Below are positions 58,093 through 64,000 of a stretch of DNA of 64,000 bases, piece by piece. Positions within the stretch are counted from its first letter, which is position 1. Every line of letters starts with the position of its first letter. The notes under the pieces are model-generated. The model worked only from the letters and a program-made list of their open reading frames with translations. It did not search any database and was not told the origin of the DNA. This DNA comes from Alphaproteobacteria bacterium. Lineage in GTDB: Bacteria; Pseudomonadota; Alphaproteobacteria; SP197. Made by a program: the position numbers and the translations under genes. Location of the stretch: positions 576,001 to 640,000 of the forward strand of contig OZ245842.1 in assembly GCA_965228895.1 (NCBI GenBank), written 5' to 3'.

Positions 58093-59424
58093 TTACTCGC
58101 GAAACGCGCGATTGAGCCCGGCCGAGATGGGGTCGAACAGATAGGCAAGGGCGGTGCGCTCGCCGGTCAAGATCATCACTTCCGCCGGCATGCCCGGAAC
58201 CAGATCGACATCATCGAGGCGTGCGATTTGCTCGGGCGGAATCACGATACGGGCCTCGTAGTAGCTTTCGCCGCTTCGCGGATCGTCCAGAAGATCGGCC
58301 GAGACTGTCAGGAGCTGGCCTTCAAGAGTCGGCGTGTTGCGCTGGCTCAGGCCGCTCATTCTTACTTCCGCCGACTGACCGATCACGACATTCTCGATGT
58401 CGTCAGGCCGCACGCGCGCTTCGATGATCAAGGGATCGTCGTGGGGCACGATGTGCATGATGTCGTCGCCGGGCGCGATGACACCGCCCACTGTGTGGGT
58501 GTTCAGGCCCAGGACCGTGCCATCCGCAGGCGCATGAAGGGTGATCCGGTCCATCACATCGGCCGCACCGATCTGGCGCTGTTCGAGATCGAAGATCTGC
58601 GACTGGATATCGCGCAGTTCGGTGACAACTTGTTCGCGTCGACTCTTTTCAAGCTGGATGATCTGCAGTTCCGCTTCGCCAATCGCGGTCTCGGCCCGCG
58701 CGATCGCAGCCAGATCTTCGCCGCGCTCACCGCGCAGGTGCTCGGATTCCCGCTCAAGCGCCAGGATGCGGCTGCGCGTCACATAGCCCTCTTCATAAAG
58801 CTCGCGAAGGCCCTCCAATTCCTGCTCGATGAGTTGAATCTGCTGGTAGCTTGCCGATTGCTGGACCTGCAGGCCGGAAATCTGGTCGTGCAGTTGCTCG
58901 ATTCGCTGATGCAAGATGCCGACTTCGCCGTCGAGGCTGTCGCGCCGCGCGACAAACAGCAGCTCCTGACCCGCCAAGATCATGGCGAGCTCGGACTCAC
59001 CGCGGCGGGCGTCAAGTTCCGGCGGAAAGGTGATCGTCTCCACACCGTCGCGTTCAGCGATAAGGCGGGCCTCGTTCGCCAGGGCTAGATCGAGCTGGCC
59101 GCTGACGATCGACATCGTCGCTTGGGCCCGTGTTGCGTCGAGGCGCAGCAGGGGGTCGCCTTGTCGAACCACATCGCCGTCACGCACGAAGATTTCCTGG
59201 ACAATGCCGCCTTCCAGGTGCTGGACGGTGCGCCAACTGCTGTCCACGGTCACGACGCCGGGCGCGATGGCGGCGCTGCTCAACTGCGCCGTGGCGGCCC
59301 AGGTGCCGACGCCGCCGAACAGCAGAGCCACGATGATCATGCCGCCAAGCACAAAACCGCCCGTCTTGCGCTTGGGTTGGGGAACGACTTCACGTCCGTT
59401 GGACGACAGCAATGTCATGCTCAT
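58093..59424 (-). CDS. type I secretion membrane fusion protein (HlyD/PrtE)
   Basis: VQHLEGGIV, APADGTV, PGMPAEV..TGERT. Confidence 0.94.
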   Translation of the reverse strand: MSMTLLSSNGREVVPQPKRKTGGFVLGGMIIVALLFGGVGTWAATAQLSSAAIAPGVVTVDSSWRTVQHLEGGIVQEIFVRDGDVVRQGDPLLRLDATRAQATMSIVSGQLDLALANEARLIAERDGVETITFPPELDARRGESELAMILAGQELLFVARRDSLDGEVGILHQRIEQLHDQISGLQVQQSASYQQIQLIEQELEGLRELYEEGYVTRSRILALERESEHLRGERGEDLAAIARAETAIGEAELQIIQLEKSRREQVVTELRDIQSQIFDLEQRQIGAADVMDRITLHAPADGTVLGLNTHTVGGVIAPGDDIMHIVPHDDPLIIEARVRPDDIENVVIGQSAEVRMSGLSQRNTPTLEGQLLTVSADLLDDPRSGESYYEARIVIPPEQIARLDDVDLVPGMPAEVMILTGERTALAYLFDPISAGLNRAFRE

Positions 59425-61130
59425 GATGCATTCTCCAACCGGACATCGTCGTTGCGCCGCACGATGACCTTCGTCAGAACCTCGTCCTTGTAACCAAAAT
59501 TCTCGATATGGCCGTCGCGCAGCATGATCAACTGATCGACCGATGCGATGGCGCTCGGGCGATGGGCCATCACAATGACCGTCTTGCCCTGCTGCTTCAT
59601 GGCCGCGATGGCGTCGCTCAAAGCGTTGTCGCCTTCGGCGTCCAGGCTGGAATTGGGCTCGTCCAGCACGATCAGCGATGGTTTGCGATAGAGCGCGCGG
59701 GCCAAAGCGATGCGCTGACGTTGCCCGCCGGACAGACGCCGGCCGCCTTCGCCGATGACCGTGTCGTAGCCATCAGGCAAACGCAGGATCATCTCGTGTA
59801 CGTTGGCCAGCCGTGCTGCCTCGACGATGTCGTCGGGTGAGGCGTCCTCGTCGAACCTGGAGATGTTCTCCGCGATGGAGCCGTCAAACAGCTCGACCTC
59901 CTGGGGCAGGTAGCCGATGTAGCGACCGAGATCTTCCGGGTCGTAGTGGGAAAGCTCCGCGCCGTCGAGGCGTATGTTGCCGTCAAACGGCGGCCAAACG
60001 CCGACCAGAGCCCGCGCCAGACTGGATTTGCCGGCGCCGGTCGGTCCAATGACGCCAACCGCCGCACCGGGCTCCAGCGCAAAACTGATGCGTTTCAAGG
60101 ATGGCTCGGATGCACCGGGTGGCACCGCGACGAGCCCTTCGACCGACACCGCGCCGCGCGGCTCGGGCAGCCGCATGCGGTCGGTCTGCGGCGCTTGCCT
60201 GGCCATCAGTTTTTTCAAGCGGCCATAGGCATGGCGCGCCGAAACGAACGACCGCCAGTTGCCGATCGCTTGTTCAACCGGCTGCAAAGCGCGGGCCATG
60301 ATGATCGATGCCGCGATCATGACGCCAGGTGAGACGATCTGGTGAATGGCGAGGTAGGCGCCCGTGCCCAGAATGGCCAGTTGAGCGATCAGCCGAACGA
60401 ATTTGGAGATCGCGCCGAGTGTGCCGTTGCGGTCGCTGGCAATACCCTGGAAATAGAGCGACGCTTGATGGCGGGTCCGCCACAGACGCCGGAGCGCCGG
60501 CATCATGCCCATGGCCTGAATGACATCGGCGTTACGCAGGCTGGACTGGGCAAACAGCTCGGCTTCGGCCGCGTGTCGGTTGGCTTCCTCAAGCGGCGGG
60601 CGGGTGCGCAGCTCGCTGATCAGCGCCAGCGCGAAAAGCAAGAACGCACTTGCTAGCGCGACGAAGCCCAACAACGGATGAAACAGGAAGATGACGACGA
60701 CGTAGATCGGCACCCACGGCGCATCGAAAAGCGAGAACGGTGCTGTGGTCGCCATGAACTGACGAACGAAGATGAGATCGCGCAGCGCTTGGCCACGGTC
60801 GATGCGGGCTGCCGTCAGGCTTCGTTCAAAGGTCGCGGTGAAGACCGCATCGCTCAGATGTTCGTCAAGCCGTGCGCCGACACGCACCAGGATCCGGCTG
60901 CGGAACATCTCCAAAAGCCCCATGATGAAGATCAGACCGACCGCGAGGATCGTGAGGGCGGCCAGCGTCGATTCGCTGCCACTGGTCAGGACACGATCGA
61001 AGACCTGCAGCATGTAGAGCGGCGTCGCCAGCATCAGCAGGTTGATGAAAAGACTGAAAAAGCCAACGGCGTAGAAGGTCCGGCGCATGCTGCGCACGGC
61101 CAACTGAAGTTTGGTCGGTTCCTTCGTCAT
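59421..61130 (-). CDS. type I secretion ABC permease/ATPase (PrtD family)
   Basis: YMLQVFDRV, FDAPW, GPTGAGKS, LSGGQRQR, LDEPN. Confidence 0.95.
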   Translation of the reverse strand: MTKEPTKLQLAVRSMRRTFYAVGFFSLFINLLMLATPLYMLQVFDRVLTSGSESTLAALTILAVGLIFIMGLLEMFRSRILVRVGARLDEHLSDAVFTATFERSLTAARIDRGQALRDLIFVRQFMATTAPFSLFDAPWVPIYVVVIFLFHPLLGFVALASAFLLFALALISELRTRPPLEEANRHAAEAELFAQSSLRNADVIQAMGMMPALRRLWRTRHQASLYFQGIASDRNGTLGAISKFVRLIAQLAILGTGAYLAIHQIVSPGVMIAASIIMARALQPVEQAIGNWRSFVSARHAYGRLKKLMARQAPQTDRMRLPEPRGAVSVEGLVAVPPGASEPSLKRISFALEPGAAVGVIGPTGAGKSSLARALVGVWPPFDGNIRLDGAELSHYDPEDLGRYIGYLPQEVELFDGSIAENISRFDEDASPDDIVEAARLANVHEMILRLPDGYDTVIGEGGRRLSGGQRQRIALARALYRKPSLIVLDEPNSSLDAEGDNALSDAIAAMKQQGKTVIVMAHRPSAIASVDQLIMLRDGHIENFGYKDEVLTKVIVRRNDDVRLENAS

Positions 61131-61841
61131 GGCTTAACCGCCTTCACCGGACGATCGACTCTGGCGCGCGGTCGTTCGGCCCGGCTGCTGTGACTCCGGG
61201 GTGCGGATGGGGATCTCACTCGTTCGGTGTTCGACACAGGCTGACAATCCTCTTGGCGTGCTGCCCCCGCGTCTGTTGCGCGGTTCTTAACGAAGGCGGC
61301 TATGTGTCCAGATGACGCGGCTATGCCGACGACCCGACGATGAAGCCACCGCCCACCGGAAACGCCATGAAGAAGCCACGGGCAGTCTTGGCGCTGCTGG
61401 TCATCTTCACGTTCCGGTGATCGCCACTTTACATCGCTACGATGAAACGATCTGGCCGCAATGGTCGTGATTTCGTGCGAAGAATAATTACTACTTTTGC
61501 CTATCGCCCATCCGCCGTCGGTTGATTGACCTATCCGATCGAAATTTCAATGCGTCACAATGACGACAGTACTGGTGTGTATCGATTGAGGATCCGACTG
61601 AAGATCTTGTTGTCGGCTGCTGTGACCTGACACCTGCGCGCTTGTCGAGATGGCGAATCATCCCCGCGTCGATGGCGACAAAGCGGCATGGAAGTGTCAA
61701 AGAAACTTGCGGAAATCCCCGCGTTTTTTGTCCCTACGCTGAAGGTGGGACGAATGGGGGAGAGCGCCAGACTGCCCAGGTGTTGGACATCCACTGCGCG
61801 AGTGGTGGTAGCCCTATGCACGACTGCTACCCTTTATAGTT

Positions 61842-61884
61842 CTGATCACGGGTCCGTGATCACCTAGACTGTTTCCGTGATCAG
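61842..61884. promoter_or_regulatory. palindrome plus direct repeat upstream of the peroxidase
   Basis: TGATCACGG-GT-CCGTGATCA (61843-61862); TCCGTGATCA repeated 21 bp later. Confidence 0.5.
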
Positions 61885-62006
61885 TTGGCTGGCCCGTACG
61901 AAAAAAGCGGCGCCTTACCTCGGCGATGGTCCGGGGGATATCATGGCGCTGCCTCCGCGTTCCTGCAGCCAACTAAACTGCTTGCGATTAACGTTAGAGG
62001 CCCGTC

Positions 62007-64000
62007 ATGTCTGTTAGGTTCACCGATTTCTGGGAAAACGACGGCGACGATACCGACCCGTTTCAGAAGCTCTTCGATAGCCTGGCAGGCGGACCTGAGG
62101 GAACTGGCGCCGACAGGGCGTTTCGACCTCTGACCGAGAACGCCGCGGCCCCATCCAATGTAGGCCGTCCGGATTCATCACCCCAACGGTCCGTTGAGAA
62201 TGACGGCCTCAAGGAGGATGACGCCGACCAAACGAGCGAGGTGTTCGCGAAGAACACTGACGATGAGGCCGACGACTCGGGCGCGCCCGGCGACCGGGGA
62301 AGTCCGCCGCAACGGTCGTTCCAATTGGAAGCTCCCGGGGAACCCAACAAGTCGTCTTCTGGCGAGACTGGTGGCAACGTAGAGACCGCGCCGAGCATCA
62401 TCGCGGCAACAACAGCGACCGCTCCGAACGCCGGGGGGATGGTTGGCGAGTACCGCTCGATCGACGGTAGTGGCAACAACCAGACCAACGTTTCATGGGG
62501 ATCTGCCGGCCAGGATTTCCTTCGTGTGGCCGCGGCGGACTACGCCGATGGGTTTTCGGCGCCTGCCGGTGACGACCGTCCGAGCGCACGCGAAATCAGC
62601 AACGCCGTGTTCAACGAACCCGAAGGGACCACCGACCCTTATCTCGTGAGCGATATGTTCTGGGCCTGGGGGCAGTTTCTGGACCACGACATCGATCTGG
62701 CGCGAGAAGGTGAGACACACGAGGCCTTCAATATCCAGGTGCCCACCGGGGACCCGTACTTCGATCCATACGGCACGGGGACACAGGAAATCAGCCTGAA
62801 CCGCTCCGGCTACAATGAAGACACGGGAACCGATTCGCCGCGTCAGCAGGTCAACGACATCACGGCGTTCGTGGATGCCTCGATGATCTACGGCTCCAAT
62901 GCGAGCCGAGAAGCGTTCCTGCGCGATGAGGGCGGCAAGCTCAAGGTCAGCGACGGCGACTACATGCCCTACAACGACGGCAGCCAGCCGAATGCGGGCG
63001 GCCCTGACACGTCTCTGTTTGTGGCCGGCGATGTGCGGGCCAACGAAACGACATCGTTGACGACGCTGCACACGTTATTTGTGCGTGAGCACAATCGTCT
63101 GGTCGACGAGCTTGCCGAACAGCATCCGGAATACACGGATGAGCAGCTCTACCAGGAAGCCAAGGCGATCGTCGAAGCGCAGATTCAGGTGATCACCTAT
63201 AACGAGTTCCTGCCCTTGCTGCTGGGTCCGGATGCTCTGGGTGACTACAGCGGCTATAACGCCAGTATCGATCCCGGGATTGCCAACATGTTTGCGACGG
63301 CTGCCTATCGGGTCGGCCACACCATGTTGTCGTCGGAGATCCAACGGCTGAACAGCGACGGCAGCGAGTCGGAATACGGCAACCTGCAACTGCGCGATGC
63401 TTTTTTCCGACCTGACCTGATCGTTAACGAGGGCGGCCTCGATCCCATTCTGCGCGGCCTGGCCGACGGCCAGGCGAACAAGATCGATGCCCAGGTTATC
63501 GATGATGTCCGCAACTTCCTGTTCGGTCCGCCGGGCGCCGGTGGTTTCGATCTGGTGTCCCTCAACATCCAGCGTGGCCGCGATCATGGTCTGGCGAGCT
63601 ACAACGATGCGCGCGAGGCCTATGGGCTGGAACGCGTCGACGACTTCGACGACATCACATCGGATGTTGAGCTACAGAACATCCTTCGAGACCTCTACGG
63701 TTCGGTTGACAACATTGACCCGTTCGTCGGCGGTCTGGTCGAAGACAGGGTCCCCGGCGCCATGGTTGGCGAGTTCTTCCTTGTTGTCCTGACCGACCAG
63801 TTCATGCGTCTGCGTGACGGCGACAGGTTCTGGTACGAGAACCGTTTCTCGGGCGACATGCTGGCGGCGCTTCAGGCCACCACCCTCGCCGACATCATCG
63901 AGCGCAACACCGATATCGATCATATCCAGGATCACATCTTCCTGGCTTACAACCGCATCGGCGGCAGCGACACCAATGACCGGCTGTATGGCGATGACGG
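62007..64000 (+). CDS. animal-type heme peroxidase (peroxidase-cyclooxygenase superfamily), probably RTX-tailed; 3' end outside window
   Basis: Hand-translated: YRSIDGSGNN, WGQFLDHD, TAFVDASMIYGS, AGDVRANE, FVREHN, YRVGHTM, NIQRGRDHGL, RDGDRFWYE; ends GGSDTNDRLYGDD. Missing from the ORF track. Start at 62007 or 62439. Confidence 0.92.
   Translation, partial: MSVRFTDFWENDGDDTDPFQKLFDSLAGGPEGTGADRAFRPLTENAAAPSNVGRPDSSPQRSVENDGLKEDDADQTSEVFAKNTDDEADDSGAPGDRGSPPQRSFQLEAPGEPNKSSSGETGGNVETAPSIIAATTATAPNAGGMVGEYRSIDGSGNNQTNVSWGSAGQDFLRVAAADYADGFSAPAGDDRPSAREISNAVFNEPEGTTDPYLVSDMFWAWGQFLDHDIDLAREGETHEAFNIQVPTGDPYFDPYGTGTQEISLNRSGYNEDTGTDSPRQQVNDITAFVDASMIYGSNASREAFLRDEGGKLKVSDGDYMPYNDGSQPNAGGPDTSLFVAGDVRANETTSLTTLHTLFVREHNRLVDELAEQHPEYTDEQLYQEAKAIVEAQIQVITYNEFLPLLLGPDALGDYSGYNASIDPGIANMFATAAYRVGHTMLSSEIQRLNSDGSESEYGNLQLRDAFFRPDLIVNEGGLDPILRGLADGQANKIDAQVIDDVRNFLFGPPGAGGFDLVSLNIQRGRDHGLASYNDAREAYGLERVDDFDDITSDVELQNILRDLYGSVDNIDPFVGGLVEDRVPGAMVGEFFLVVLTDQFMRLRDGDRFWYENRFSGDMLAALQATTLADIIERNTDIDHIQDHIFLAYNRIGGSDTNDRLYGDD

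Noticed and set aside
1-64000. CRISPR arrays, tRNA/rRNA, IS elements, defence systems
   Set aside because: No periodic repeats, structural RNA signatures or transposase/nuclease motifs seen by eye; short ncRNAs could have been missed

Overview
GC-rich (~64% by eye) bacterial DNA, most likely alphaproteobacterial, and almost entirely accessory catabolism. I saw no rRNA, tRNA, CRISPR, integrase or transposase. Left to right: (1) an N,N-dimethylformamidase-like gene running off the left edge, absent from the ORF track, with small- and large-subunit-like parts fused in one frame; then an enolase-superfamily enzyme, an ectoine-hydrolase/creatinase-like M24 protein and an orphan Mo-bisPGD oxidoreductase. 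(2) An FNR/FixK-box module (NSS transporter, Usp, Zn-ADH, small HTH, Kef-type antiporter). (3) A LysR / IlvD-dehydratase / two PLP enzymes / RidA / polar amino-acid ABC cluster. (4) An IclR region (PotD-like binding protein, CocE hydrolase, TMADH-like flavoprotein, non-pyrrolysine MttB, FAD oxidoreductase, AruI-like TPP enzyme) plus a 12-kb, 11-gene CoA/hydantoinase/BKACE operon; four promoter regions here share an ATCG-N5-CGAT motif. (5) A second hydantoinase A/B pair with a three-subunit xanthine-dehydrogenase-family Mo hydroxylase and DUF2249/DUF2478 genes. (6) A type I secretion pair divergent from an animal-type heme peroxidase that runs off the right edge, also absent from the ORF track. 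The best candidate for an undescribed system is the putative IclR-controlled pathway for an unidentified N-methylated or N-heterocyclic compound (23-57 kb). All family calls come from motif recognition by eye, and substrates are inference.
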